Part shown: piece by piece, positions 1 through 12,840 of the stretch | Layout: each line of letters opens with the position of its first letter | Position numbering within the stretch: position 1 is the first letter of the stretch | NCBI RefSeq assembly: GCF_004010195.1 | Contig: NC_057719.1 | Location: 57,078,311-57,142,310, forward strand | Direction: 5' to 3' | Source of the DNA: Chiloscyllium plagiosum | Lineage: Eukaryota | DNA length: 64,000 nucleotides | The notes under the pieces: model-generated | What the model was told of the DNA's origin: nothing | Databases searched by the model: none | Seen by the model: the letters and a program-made list of their open reading frames with translations, nothing else | Made by a program: the position numbers and the translations under genes

Positions 1-186
1 CTGGTACAATTGCAACATTTAAGAGGCATTTGGATGGGTATATGAATAGGAAGGGTTTGGAGGAATATGGGCCGGGTGCTGGCAGGTGGGACTAGATTGG
101 GTTGGGATATCTGGTCGGCATGGACAGGTTGGACCAAAGGATCTGTTTCCATGCTGTACATCTCTATGACTCTATAACTCTCTATG
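1..186 (+). mobile_element. CR1 LINE 3' end (cut by window start)
   Basis: Nearly identical to the CR1 3' end at 26520-26703; ends in a CTCTATGA-type tail. Confidence 0.9.
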
Positions 187-416
187 ATTATTTTGTGATT
201 TTTATGATCTTCTTTGAAGGAGTACCATGTGTTTTGGGTAAATAGGACCCTACAGAAGACTGTGCCAGGAGGGTTGGACCAAAGGATCTGTTTCCATGCT
301 GTACATCTCTATGACTCTATAACTCTCTATGATTATTTTGTGATTTTTATGATCTTCTTTGAAGGAGTACCATGTGTTTTGGGTAAATAGGACCCTACAG
401 AAGACTGTGCCAGGAG
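127..416. repeat. Exact 145-bp tandem duplication (127-271 / 272-416)
   Basis: Two identical copies spanning the CR1 tail and its unique flank; possible assembly artefact. Confidence 0.9.
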
Positions 417-1042
417 TTTTAGAAGACATTTCACAGGGTGGTCGCATAAAGAAAGAGTTCATGGTGCAGGGGGTAATATGGGAATGACTATTTGAGCTCT
501 GAATGTTTCTGTGAAGAAATTAGGAAATGATAATTAATGTTTGTTAAATTGTGATCAGATCATATTCTCAGAGTAACAGCAGAAGCGTGGGGAAACAAAA
601 AAAACCTGAAGCAGCTAAGATAAAAATATACAACTCTTTTTGAAAGTATAATATAAACCAATCTTTTAAAAGGCTATTACATTCCCTGTATTACCTTGTC
701 AAAGTATCAGCAGACTGCAATCCATTACATCAATAGAAGTGATATATTTACATTTAATAAAATATTCTAGCATTAATAAAAGGAGGCAGATACTGTGCCG
801 AATCTGTTCGCATGAAGATGAGAAGGTTGGAGTCAAAATCAGCTGAGTCTGAGTCACCTTTCAAGGAGAAAGGTTGCTCTGAAGTCTGAAATGCATTTTC
901 AGTCATGGGGGAGTACATTTGAAGAGAACCAAACAATAAAAGCCAGAATCTATATCTGATAATCTGTTAAATTTCTCTTTCAAACATTGCTTCAGTACAG
1001 ATTATCAAAATGGTGGTTCTGTATCTTTAACCGCTCAGAAAA

Positions 1043-1945
1043 GTTAGTAAGTTTGCAGATGACCCAAAATTGGTGGTATAGTGGACAGTGAAGAAGGTTA
1101 TCTAAGATTACAAAGGGACCTTAATCAGTTAGGTCAATGGGCTGAGGAGTGACAGATGGAATTTAATTTGGATAAATGCAGGGGTTTTAATACAAACAAG
1201 GACAGAACTTGTACAGTTAATGGTAGGACCCTGGGTTGTGTTGTAGAACAGAAAGATCTAGGTGTTCAGGAACATAATTCTTTTAACTATTCATCACAGA
1301 TAAGAAGACATTTAACAAACTTGCCTTTGTTGATCAGACCTTTGAGTATAGGAGTTGGGGCATCAAGTTGAGGTTGTCCAGGACATTGATTTGGCCTCTT
1401 TTGGAGTACAGTGTGCCGTTCTGGTGACTCTGTTGTAGGAAGGATATTATTAAACTGGAGAAGGTTCACATAAGATTTACCAGGTTGTCGCCAAGAATGG
1501 AGGGATTGAGATTAAAAAATTGACTGGAACTTCTGCTGGGAGCTTTTTCACTGGAGTGGAGGAGCTTGAGAGGTGATCTTACTGAGGTTTGTAAAATCAT
1601 GAGGGACATAAATAGGGTGAATAACAAGGGCCTTTTTCCTAAGATGCGATAATTCAAAACTAAGAGACATATTTTTTAAGGTGAGAGGAGAAAGATTTAA
1701 AAGGAAATGAGGGGCAAACTTTTTACTCAGAGTGGTTCATGTTTGGAATGAACTGCCAGAGAAAGTAGTGAATGCAAGTACAGTTACAATGTTTAAAAGA
1801 CATTTGGATAAGTTCATGAATAGGAAAGATTTGGAGGCATATGGACCAAGCCCAGGCAGCTGGGACTAGTTTATTTTGCGAACATAGTCGGCATGGATTG
1901 GTTGGACCAAAGGGTCTGTCTTCTTGCTATATGATTCTGACTCAT
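1043..1945 (+). mobile_element. Decayed CR1 LINE 3' part (RT C-terminus + 3' UTR)
   Basis: Reads SKFADDPKLV..., MEFNLDKC, RPLLEY and LRGDLTEV with frameshifts; followed by a CR1 3' UTR. Confidence 0.9.
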
Positions 1946-4304
1946 GACAGATATTTGATTAGAGCTCGTTTATTGGCACCTCCAAGAGTATCCATCCACA
2001 TTCAACATGTATCGAAACATGTTTATTAGTGGTTTTGTATTATTAGTTTATTATGGTTATGAAATTATATTTGTTATAGTTACTAAATGATAATATTTAT
2101 TTTTAAAAATCTAAAATGAGATAACAATTAGCAACTTTCAGCATAATTCTCTATTTCGATATATTCTATTGAAAACTGCATCATTCAAAGATCAATTTTA
2201 AGATTCTGATTTGTACTGTTAGAAAGTGATTGACTGATGAAAACTATTTGTCACTGCAATACATTTATCGAAGACGCTATCTGGGAGTTGGTTTCATAAG
2301 TAAGCAGAGTTCAATGCCAAGTAATGAAACAGATCCCATGTGTTACTTAGCTAACACACAAAACATTAGTGACACTAAAGTTCAGAAAATCTCATTAAAA
2401 CTTTACAAGGGATTGCAATTTCTTCTCTTTCAAATACCTAACTTCAGAACTTTCTCAAAAGCTACTTCATCACAGATTACCTCAATCATTCCTCGTGTCC
2501 TGTATTTCACACTCTTTTCCCTTGCATTCTTGAAACAGCACTCCAGCATTTGCTTTCAGGCACCATTTTTTGTGGACAACTCACTTCACCAAGGTAACAA
2601 TGTCCTGAAATTTTTCTTTGGTTCTAATCGTGCTCAGTTGCACCAACCAAATACTCTGAGTTTTCAACTTCCACTCCCCATTGCACTGAAGTATTAGTGG
2701 CACACAGCTTCTTCTGAGCTCTAACGATAACACTTAGCTACCTATTGCCTCCCAGAACTTCTTCCTTAGTTCTGATGACACAGAGTTAACAAAATGAAGG
2801 AAGTAAATTGTTCAATTTTAGTGTAAAGAAATAAAAAGAAAAAAATGCATTTAAATAACATTTTTCACAGCCATAGATACTCTGAATGCTTCTCAGCCAA
2901 ATGAAGTATTTTTCAAGTTGAGTCACTGTGACCTTTTGTGGAGGAAGTACATTATAGAAAATCATCTTCTAGTTAGAGCATTCTGTGATTTCAATTGGCT
3001 CATGTTGTGCTGAGTTCCAGGTGCTAATTGAATGTTTGGTGTTGTACTTCTAGTTGTAATATTCCATACCAGATCCTTCCTGGAAGTGAATAGATTGCCA
3101 CATTTGAAGCAACAACTAATTTGTGCACAGCAAATCTAAGAAACTATAATGAATAATTTACCTGGTCTCATATTTTAGGTTTGTATTAAGAGGTGTAAAG
3201 ATGAGGCGTGAAGGTTCAATTGGGGCGATTGAGAGTTATAAGGTGTTCTATGTTCTAGGTAAAAGTAAGCCAGCGAACTGGGAGATCTTCCCCTCCATTC
3301 TCTGAATATTGCCTCAGGATCTTTATTGATAATAATTATTTGAATGTAGATATTTTCACCTGTAAAACATCTCATTCTCTATATCCTGGATCAACCACAC
3401 TTTTATTTCCAATTTTTTTCATCAAGTTGGTGCTTATATGTGTGTGTGTGTGTGTAAACACACACACACATTTGTAATGATTTAACTGGTTCACCCGTTT
3501 ATGTAGGAAAGTAAGATCTTTGAGTTAGAACATGTTGTGGTTGAAATTGCCTGACATTGTACTTGATTTCGTAGTCATAGACTTCCTACACTGTGGAAGC
3601 AGGCTATTCAGTCCATTGAGTCCACGCTGACCTTCTGAACAGATTCCACCAAGATCCACCCCCCTACTCAAGTGCTAATTGAGTGTTTATTATTGCATTA
3701 ATGGTTGTAATATTTCTATGCCTAATTCTCCCCTGGAAGTGAACACATTGCCACATTGCCAACTTTTTCCTGGAGTTTGACTTTGTGGAATGTTATATGT
3801 AGTTCTTGAGGAGTAATGCTTCTTTCAATGTTTGCACCATCTGCTATTAATAGTAATAGTACAGCACTACAGCCCAGGTAATGCAAGGAGTTGTTTTAAC
3901 TTATTCAGTAATTGAATACTTCCTATTTCCCATGCACAGCTGTTATGTCCGAATAAATAATATGGACTCCCTATAGAGCAAAGCCGTTCTCTCAATCCAA
4001 TGATCATTGTTTTTCTGCATTATTGCCCAGAACCTACTCATACCAAGTGTCATTAGAAATTAAAGGTGAGGTTGTGTCTTTCTGTAATGCTACATTTCTG
4101 ACTTCCAGAGTGATACAAAACCCGTCAAATGTTTACATAGCAACAATGAATCAGTGTCACAAAATCTGAAATACAAGTAAGAATAATAGTCACCTTTGCT
4201 AAATTATTTAAACTGTCCTGCAGGGAATATGTGTGCAATAAATGGCAACAAGTGTGGTGCTGGTTTAAACCTGTTCAAAATGAAAGTCAAAATTGAATGT
4301 ATTG

Positions 4305-4564
4305 TAATCTTTTCAACAGCTGAAAAATGTGTTGCTGGAAAAGCGCAGCAGGTCAGGCAGCATCCAAGGAGCAGGAGAATTGACGTTTCGGGCATAAGCC
4401 CTTCTTCAGGAATCTGAAGATTCCTGAAGAAGGGCTTATACCCGAAACATTGATTCTCCTGCTCCTTGGATGCTGCCTGATCTGCTGTGCTTTTCCAGCA
4501 CACATTTTTCAGCTCTGGTCTCCAGCATCTGCAGTCCTCACTTTCTCCTAATCTTTTCAACAGC
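4305..4564. mobile_element. Palindromic Penelope-like mini-insertion (family A) with 16-bp TSD
   Basis: Inverted arms ~4321-4413 and ~4420-4515; TSD TAATCTTTTCAACAGC at 4305-4320 and 4549-4564; each arm has a CTGAAGA..GAAAC hammerhead core. Confidence 0.8.
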
Positions 4565-6519
4565 AGTGCTTACAAAGAGTCAATTTTATCTCCCATCTTC
4601 ATTTCCAACTGTTGGACCATGGACCTTCATTGGACTGATCCATGTGGGTTAATGGACAAAACATTTGTAGTCATTCACTCTTGCCTTGCACAGGATAGCT
4701 AGCCAGGAAACTCTCAGCACCAGACATTGTGGAAGGATTTACAGACTAACAATCTGTTTGGCCTCTTCACAACACACTTTCCATGGCCAGCAAATCCTGC
4801 TGTAGGATTTGCACCCAGAGGTAGGGATACCACCACTCTGCCTCACGGCCTTCACTTATGAACCATACCAAAGAAAGAAATTTCCATATGAAAGCTTCTA
4901 CACAAAGAGCCTATATCTGAAATATTTCACATATGTTGCTTTTGTATTGATTCTATTGTAATCTTGCATATGTGACTAGGTCAGTTGTTTTTGCTTTACT
5001 GGATATCTAGGTTAAAGGTATAAACAAAATTCAATGGCATTTTTAAAAAAAGATCTTTTGAATCTATCAGTTCATCAATTCTTCTTTCTGTCAGCATGGT
5101 AATAAACCATTGTGTCTTTTTTTAATCCCATACATCTTTCAAGACCATGTGGAAGACACTTTGTGCCCAGATGTGTTGGTTTGTCTGGACCCGGCATATA
5201 ATAGAAAACCAGGCAGTTTGGAGGACTTACCTGGAAAGGGAAGGTCCTGATTTCCCTTCATTATTTTAAAGGAAGTGTATGATGTGCCCAACCTGTATGT
5301 TTTTCTTAACTTGTAAAAAAATATTTCTGTGGAGGCATTAAGTGCGCCTAGTTAATATACTCATCCTTTGTTCCATTGACATACTCCAAACAATTCAAAA
5401 TGTGCTAAGATTCTGACTGGGTAAGCTGTAGATCAACTGATTTTCTAAAAATAATTGCCTTATTATGCTCCATATTAAGTTTCACTTGTGCCTCCTTCAT
5501 AAAAGATTTACTCAACAGTATAAGTACTTCACTTGAGACTACATCAGTACTTATAAATTGGTTTACTCCAGCTATTTTACATGGAATTACAACTCCATTT
5601 ACTGACCATTTACTCCATTTATCTTGTCATTGCTAATCCTTGTATTGATTCTCACTACTTAGTGAATCAGGTAACATTTTAACCAATCTGTCCCATACGC
5701 TGTTGAAATAACAGCATTATCTAGTACTGCAGAATTAAGGGAGTCTGCAATTGATATATTCATCCCAGAATGAAAATCCTGATGGCTAATGTAATTTGTT
5801 CAGATCCAGTGTTACCTTTGTTCTCTTCTTCAGAATTCTTATTGGTATCTGATCATTTAAGGATCCTTTCTCTTCACTTTGAGCAGTTCACAACATAATA
5901 ATACTTTGAATCATGACCAAAGCACTAATTAACTGTTCTTCATGCATTCCTGGAATTCATTCACCTTTTATCTTTATTCCAATTTTGTCTTCTGCTGCAG
6001 TAGCCATCTTTGTTAAGAGTATTTCATCTTCACTGTGCCAGTCTTTAATCCTTCTGTTGCATTGACACCTGCCTCTGGTATTTGGGCTATTTTAAAATCT
6101 GTGAATTATTGAATGTTTTACTCATTGAATCATCATAGAATGTTTCACTTGCTCCATTAAGGTTGAAGGAGATTATTGTTCCCTGTGATTTTTAAAAGAC
6201 TGCAGACATCTGATCCAAATTAATCTCCTTTTCTGAGAACCAAACACCAGTTAGAACCAGTTGCATCTGAGACACCTCAGCACAATCCAATAATTTAAGC
6301 TGAACACTGATCCAGGGATCTTCAAATAGAACTTTTTTCCATCTTTTATACAGTTTGCTAAAGTCAATAATATATTCTCCCATTGAATGACCATCTTTTT
6401 TCCAAAGCCTATCAAACTCTGATTATTGTTTTTGCATAGTTAACAGATCATCTTGCTGATAGATTTCATCCAAAAACTCTAATCAAAATTTAAATTATTA
6501 TTAGTTCTTGCTGACATTA

Positions 6520-7217
6520 CTTGCAAGGTCAGCATTTGCTGCCCATCCCTACTTTCTGTTAAGAAGTCAGGGGTGAGCTGTCTTTCTGCAGTCTATATGG
6601 TGTAGAGACATCCTTGTGTTGTTACAAATTACGTTCCAGGAATGTGACCCCATAAGTGAGGGAAGGGCAAAGCAATTCCAAGTCAGGAAAGTGTATAGCT
6701 CTGAGGGAAAATTGAAGATGGTGGTGTTCCCAAGTATTGGGTGCTTCGTTCTTCTAGGTGTGGAGTTCATGGATTTGGAAAGTGCTATTAAAGGAACTTT
6801 CATGAGTTGGACAGCATCAGTACCTGAAGAATTGCAAGTGTTAGCAAGCAGCATGTGATTATCAGCAGACATCCCTACTTCTATTGGAGGGAAGATTTTA
6901 TCCTTGTCTTTTGCATTGACATGCTGTACTCCCAATTGTTGAAGATCAGAATTAGTGACTTTTTTTCTTAGTTGTTTAATTGCACTACATCTGACTACCA
7001 TGACTCTATGACTGCAGCACATTGGCCTGATATGTTAGCTGTGAGATTAATAGTTCTGTATAAAGCATGCTGCTGCTTTAATGTGCTTGTAGTCATGTGT
7101 TATACCTTTACCAATTTGGTATCTGACTTTTAGATATACTTGGTGTTGATCTTGGCATGCTTTCTTGACTTGCCATTGAACCAGAATTTGCCCTCTGGCC
7201 TGGTGGTAATAGTGGAA
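6520..7217 (-). mobile_element. Old LINE relic, interrupted by the Gypsy insertion (resumes ~13547-13625)
   Basis: Its 3' end (GGGATGGGCAGCAAATGCTG on the minus strand) resembles the tail of the SINE at 23161-23620; the two flanks of the LTR element appear to join into one repeat. Confidence 0.5.
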
Positions 7218-7919
7218 TATTATGACATAGGTAAACACTCCTGCTAATTTAAAACCGCAACACAGAAAAGAATTATCTGGTGCAGTAATCTGTGAAGATT
7301 TTAAGAGACCAAGAACTATTTAAAGTAAAAATTAACAACTTTATTTCTTGAAGTATAACAGAGAATGATTAACTAACAATTATTTACAACTCCTTCCTCT
7401 AACCTATCTTTTACCTTCCCCTTCTACAATATTAGTCCGATAAAACTCCCAATAAAGATTTACAAAATGAAACTTCTTATCTCAAAACCAGGCAGCTTTC
7501 AATTCTTCTCTATATTCCTGTCATCTTTTCTTCGTCTTGGGGATTCTGCTTCACAGGTTACTGATCGATAAAGATACCTTGAAGAGAACTATTCTCTAGG
7601 CAGTTTGCAGATGTCGTTGGCTTGGCAATTCTCCTTGCAGCTGTTCAATTTTCCTCAGTCTTATACCACCAAAGCATCGGATTGTGTCATTGGCTTTTAA
7701 GATTGTCAATATAATCAATTCAAACTTGAGTGGTGGTTGGTATTTTGGAGTATAATTTAAACTGATTGGTCACATTTGAATTTGTTTTTTGTCTCCAGGC
7801 AACCAGCTAATCAGGTTGTTTGACTAAATGTTACATTGTATCTTATTGAGAACACTTGGTGCTGTCACTGCTCGCTTTTAACTCTCTTAAAGGTTCAGTA
7901 CACCCACATCTTCACAACC
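7218..7919 (-). repeat. 3' LTR
   Basis: Aligns with 12841-13546; about 18 mismatches in a ~175-nt stretch compared by eye (~90% identity). Confidence 0.92.
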
Positions 7920-7933
7920 CCTACCCCTTTAAG
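7920..7933 (-). promoter_or_regulatory. Polypurine tract
   Basis: Minus strand reads AAAGGGGTAGG immediately before the 3' LTR. Confidence 0.75.
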
Positions 7934-8105
7934 AAAAAAATGAACCATCATAATGAAAAAATTGCTTCATTTTTTCTATTTTTTTAAACACATTACCCCA
8001 ACATACAGAAAACTTTAATATATGTTCACCTTAACGTCTTCCCATATACCTGTGTGTGTGTATAAAAACATTAAATAAATACAAATCTCATCTAAACCCT
8101 GTCAG

Positions 8106-9420
8106 TTAAATCTGCAATAACACATCAACGATTACATTCTTACAACCTGCAACATGTATGATTTTTAAATTAAAAGTCTGTAACATAAGATTCCTATGAA
8201 ATAGTCTCATATTCTTGTCTTTAAAATGTTCTAAGAATGTAAGTGGATTATGATCTGTGTATCCAACTGTCTCTGACACATTGTTTGTGACATACACATT
8301 AAAATGTTGGAAGGCCTGTACCAAACTCAATAGTTCCTTTTCGCTTGTAGAGTATTTCCTCTGGTGGATGTTGATCTTCGAAAAGTAACCAACTGGCAGT
8401 TCAATCCCATCCTCATCTTTCTGTAGGAGTACAGCTCCAATTCCTATGTCACTAACATCGATAACGACTTTAAAAAGTTTGGTGTAGCTAAAACTGGTTT
8501 GGTGGTTAATATGGTTTTCAAATGGTTGAATGCCTCCTGGCATTGTTCTTTCCACCGAAACTTTGTGTACTTCTTCAGCAAGTCGGTTAATGGTGCCACT
8601 ATACTGCTGAAGTTTGGAACAAACTTCTGATAGAATCCGCTGAATCCTAAGAATCGAAGCACCTCTTTCTTTGAGGTTGGTCATGGAAATTCCTCAATGG
8701 CCTTCGTCTTTGCGTTCCATGTGGTCAACTTTCCATGACCGATGTTATGTCCCAAGAACACCACCTCTGCTTTCGCGAATTCAGTTTTATTTAAGTTTAT
8801 CACCAGTTTTGCTTCTCATTGTCATTCAAAGAGCTCGGCCAACTGTACCATGTGATCTTTCCAAGACTTACTAAAGATCACTACATTGTCCAAATAGACT
8901 GCAAAGTTTGTTGACCAGCTACAACTCTGTTCATGGGTCTTTGGAATGTGGCGGGTGCATTCTTCATTTCAAAAGGCATCATTTTAAACTGATATAGCCC
9001 ATTTGGGATTACAAATGCAGAAATTTCTTTGATAAAGGTACCTGCCAATAACCATGCCTTAAGTCCAACTTGGTGATGTAACTGGCTTGTCAGACTCTCT
9101 CGATACAGTCCTCCAATCTTGGAATTGGATATGAGTCTGATTTTGTAACGACGTTGACATTTCGATAATTTACACAGAATCGCTGAGTCCCGTCCGGTTT
9201 GGGACCTAAGACAATCAGCGATCTCTATTTGCTCTGGCTTGGTTCAATGATGTCCTCCTCGAGCATGGCCTCCACCTCCACCTGGACCTGTCTGGCTTTG
9301 AAAGGATTAAGTTGATAGGGGTGTTGTTTTATCGGAGAAGTATTCCCTATGTCTACTCCATGTACAATAGCATTAGTCCTCCCCATCTAATTCTTACATA
9401 TGTCCTTATACTGCAGTAAC
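8106..9420 (-). pseudogene. pol: Gypsy reverse transcriptase + RNase H (frameshifted)
   Basis: PKPDGTQRFCVNYRNVN..SDSYPIPRLEDCIE, MPFEMKNAPATFQ, FAVYLDNV (from YLDD), RFLGFSGFYQKFVPNFS, DVSDIGIGAVLLQ, YSTSEKELL, YTDHNPL. Confidence 0.93.
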
Positions 9421-9427
9421 AAATCTT

Positions 9428-10966
9428 TCAACTGCATTTTATGCTCCTGAGACAGCTTACTAACCCATCCCACTCCTCAAGGATGACTTCATTTTTTAAT
9501 CTATTTTGAGGCACATCAAAATCCACATCATCTGGATTTGATTCCTCATCCTGCGGAACAGTAACTAACACCTGTTTCTCCAGTTCTTTCTCTCTAGTAT
9601 AATACGGTTTCAACATGTTCACATGACTTACCCGATACCCCTTTTTTTTAACTAGATAGTTCACCTGACTCAACTTTTTTTCAATTTAATAGGGACTGGC
9701 TTTGAAAGGATCTCCGATCACTGGTAACAGTACTAACATGTCATCCCCTTGCGAAAACGTCCGAGTCTCAGAGCTTTTATCTGCCGCCTGCTTCATTCTA
9801 CACTGTGCTCTCTTTAGCTGCTGTTTAGCTAACTCACCTACTCAATTTAGTCTCTCCCTCACCTCCGATACATAATCTAAAGTGTGAGCTCTCTGACATT
9901 GATCCTGTCAATTTTTCTTTAATTAATTTCAAAGGGCCTCTCACTTCATGACTGAATATTAAGTCAAAGGGAGTGAACTGAGTAGATTCATTTAAGACAT
10001 CTCTAATGGCAAACAATACAAATGGGATACCTTTATCCCAATCATTCAGATAATCCTGACAGTATATTCTCAACATGGTCTTCAAGATCTGATGCCATCT
10101 TTCTAAAGCTCCCTGTGCTTCAGAATGATATGCATTGGATTTAAAGTGCTGTATACCCAAGCTATCCATGACTTCCTTAAACAGCCTAGCAGTAAAATTT
10201 GAACCTTGGTCCAATTGAATCTCTCGGGGTAGCCTATACCATGTGAAGAAAGCTACTAACTCCTCTACTACCGTTTTCGCCTTGATACTCCATAATGGAA
10301 TTGCCTCCGGAAATCCGGTACACACATCCATTATGATTAACAAGTATGGTTCCCACTTTTAGTTCTCGGGAGGGGACCACCTACACAATCAATTATAATC
10401 TGCATGAAAGGTTCTTCAAATGTGGGAATTGGCAGCAAAGGTGCTGGTTTTATTACCGCCTGTGGCTTACCTACCATTTAGCATGTATGACACATATAGC
10501 AAAAGTTAACCACATCAGTGCGCATTCCAGACCAATAAAAATGTTTTTGTACCTTAGCCTGAGGCTTTCATACCACTAAGTGACTTCCTACAAGTTGTTC
10601 ATGCGCTACCCGTAAGACCTCCTGTCTGTATGCTACCGGCAACACAATCTGGTGCACTTCAGCCCATTTCTCCTCTGCACTAACCTGCTGTGGTCTCCAT
10701 TTCTGCCTTAGGATTCTATCTTTCAGATAATAACCCTCCGGAATATTCTCTGCATCCACATATATATCTTTTACTGTCTTGTCTTGCTGTTGCAAGTCTC
10801 TTAGTCTTTCAGGAGTAAACGCTTCTCTCTGACCCTCTGCCTGTTCAGGTTTTTCCTGCACCATTACATCAAACAGGGTATCCGCTAACTGAACCTCAAC
10901 TCCTTCATCTTTCTCTTGACTTTTCGCTTTGTGCTGTGACTTATGATAGTGGCATCTGGTTACCAC
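9428..10966 (-). pseudogene. pol: Gypsy integrase, located upstream of RT
   Basis: QIVLPVAYRQEVLRVAHE..GSHL (Zn-binding region); MDVCTGFPEAIPL, DQGSNF, YHSEAQGALERWHQILKTML (DDE core); HVNMLKPY (C-terminal motif). Confidence 0.93.
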
Positions 10967-10981
10967 ACAGTCTGGAAAATA

Positions 10982-11290
10982 TCAGGATGATTCTTTGTCA
11001 TCCTTGGGCTTCTCCACAACAAAGGGTGTCACTTCCACCTTGGATCCTGCTAATTTGTTCCCAAGAACAAACTGAATTCCTGGAACTGACACTCTGTCAA
11101 TCACTCCCACTGAAACTTCCCCAGTCTTGAGTTGGCACTCCAACCTGATCTTACATAGGGGAATGCTACATTTCTGTCCATCCATCCCACAAATTCCCAC
11201 ACTCTTGGATAACAGATCAAAAAGAGTATATATTCTCCCATTCTTTATTATCAGCGACTGGTTAGATCCTGTATTTCTCAAAATTATAAC
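10982..11290 (-). pseudogene. pol: Gypsy aspartic protease
   Basis: LRNTGSNQSL (degenerate DTG motif) and QFVLGNKL (typical ILGNDL motif). Confidence 0.8.
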
Positions 11291-11499
11291 TTCTTATCCT
11301 TCTCCCCCTGTTCTTTCTGAGTAAACGTTACCCACAGAGGTGAATTCTTTGTAGAAATCAGGTAATCCATACCTTGCCCCTGCCTAGGCTGTGGACTCTC
11401 CTGCAGCTCTTCAGCTCTTCTTACAGTCTCCTTTGTTATCTTCACTAATGCCACAGTCTTAGCTTCCTCTACCACATCTTTTTCCACAGTGCCTTTCTT

Positions 11500-12717
11500 T
11501 GATGACTAGCACTGTGACTTTGTATCCCACTTTCTGGCAGTAAAAACACCTTTTCCCAGTGTCCTTCTGAAACCACTGGCACTGTAAATTTCCTATCCCT
11601 TCCATTATAGTGATAACACCTGAGACCTTTCACCTTCTGTCCACCCTCTTGGGCTTCTCTTTTTATCCTGTGGTAAATTCTTACCAGTACTCTCTACTCT
11701 TGGTTTAGTAGTGTAGGACCTCCCCTTCTCCCAACTTTCATCCCTCACAGGATAAAATTCTGGCCGGAAGCTTGCCTTATGCACTAACATATACTCATCT
11801 ACTAATTCTGCTGCCCTTCTCACATCCTGAACTTTCTGTTCCTCCACATGAATTCTTACCATCTCTGGAAGTGAGTTTTTAAAAAAACTCCTCCAGCAGA
11901 ATAATCTCTCTTAGAGCCTCAAAGGTCTTATCTATTTTCAAAGCACGCACCCTTCGAACCCAATTTTTTCGGACTCAGCATAAGTCTGGCCTAGTTCCTT
12001 CATTGTGTTTCTGAACCACTGTCTATATGCTTCTGGTACCAATTCGTAAATACTTAAAATAACCTCTTCATAATCTCTTGACACTTGATCTGACTGTGCA
12101 GCAAATACCTCACTCGCTCTGCCTACCAGTTAGTCTGAACTAGCATTGCCCATAAAACCTTGGACCACTCCATCGGTCTCGCCAATTTTTTCAAATGAAA
12201 TAAAGGAGGCTTCAACATCTTTCTCACCAAAATGTGGTAGAGTAAATATAAATATTCCTACCTTCTCTTTTAATCTCCATCCTATTAACTCGACTTTGCT
12301 GACTAAGTCGCAACTTCTCAAGTTCAAATTCTCTCTCTTTTTGCTCAGCTAAGAACTTTCACTCTTTCTTTTTCCACTCTCTCTCTCTCTTTCCCTCTCT
12401 CCCTCTCTCTGTTTACCTTCTAACTCAATTTTCCTCAATTGTAATTGAAGTTTTTCTACCTCTACTGCACTTGTCTGTTTCTCTGACACACCTAAGTGTT
12501 TGAGTAACTCCCTTATATTTTTAGCTTTACTTTTGTCCTTTGTTAAACTCAAATCTAACTTATTTGCTAACTCTAAAAATATGGCCTTTTTCTCTCCTTC
12601 TAAACTTTCTTGGCAAGTTTGAGAATCATCTTCAAATCCCGTAACCTCTTTAGCAATTTTAAGAGCCATTTCTCTCACTTTTAATTTAATCAGCCACAAG
12701 TCACTGAAAGTAAACAA
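11500..12717 (-). pseudogene. gag: Gypsy gag with SCAN-like capsid domain and two zinc-knuckle remnants
   Basis: LPHFGEKDVEASFISFEKI, YELVPEAYRQWFR, LREIILLEE..KNSLPEMVRIHVEEQKVQDVRRAAELVDEY; CYHYNG and CFYCQKVG knuckle remnants. Confidence 0.85.
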
Positions 12718-12821
12718 ATTGCCTCACCCAGGATCTAGGACACTAACCTGCAAGCGTTTAAATCTGCTGGGATTTTTCATACCCCCAAATTACTCAAATC
12801 TGTCTAAACCAGTTCAAATTA

Positions 12822-12837
12822 CGGACCTGAGCCCCCA
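12822..12837 (-). promoter_or_regulatory. Primer-binding site, tRNA-Pro-like
   Basis: TGGGGGCTCAGGTCCG starts 3 nt after the 5' LTR; the tRNA-Pro PBS is TGGGGGCTCGTCCGGGAT. Confidence 0.75.
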
Positions 12838-12840
12838 AAC

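Noticed and set aside
127..416. 145-bp tandem duplication as a biological feature
   Set aside because: The copies are identical and close to short-read length, like the 144-bp one at 35629, in a gapped assembly; most likely an artefact.
754..936. Possible coding exon in unique sequence
   Set aside because: Short frames are open on both strands, splice sites are weak, and no recognisable protein motif is present.
3439..3471. (TG)n-AAA-(CA)n hairpin
   Set aside because: Short microsatellite inversion with no supporting context.
5225..5244. Recursive splice site (CCTTCCCTTTCCAG|GTAAGT, minus strand); a similar motif lies on + at ~49450
   Set aside because: The motif alone is not enough without a known host intron; kept only as a possible exon donor.
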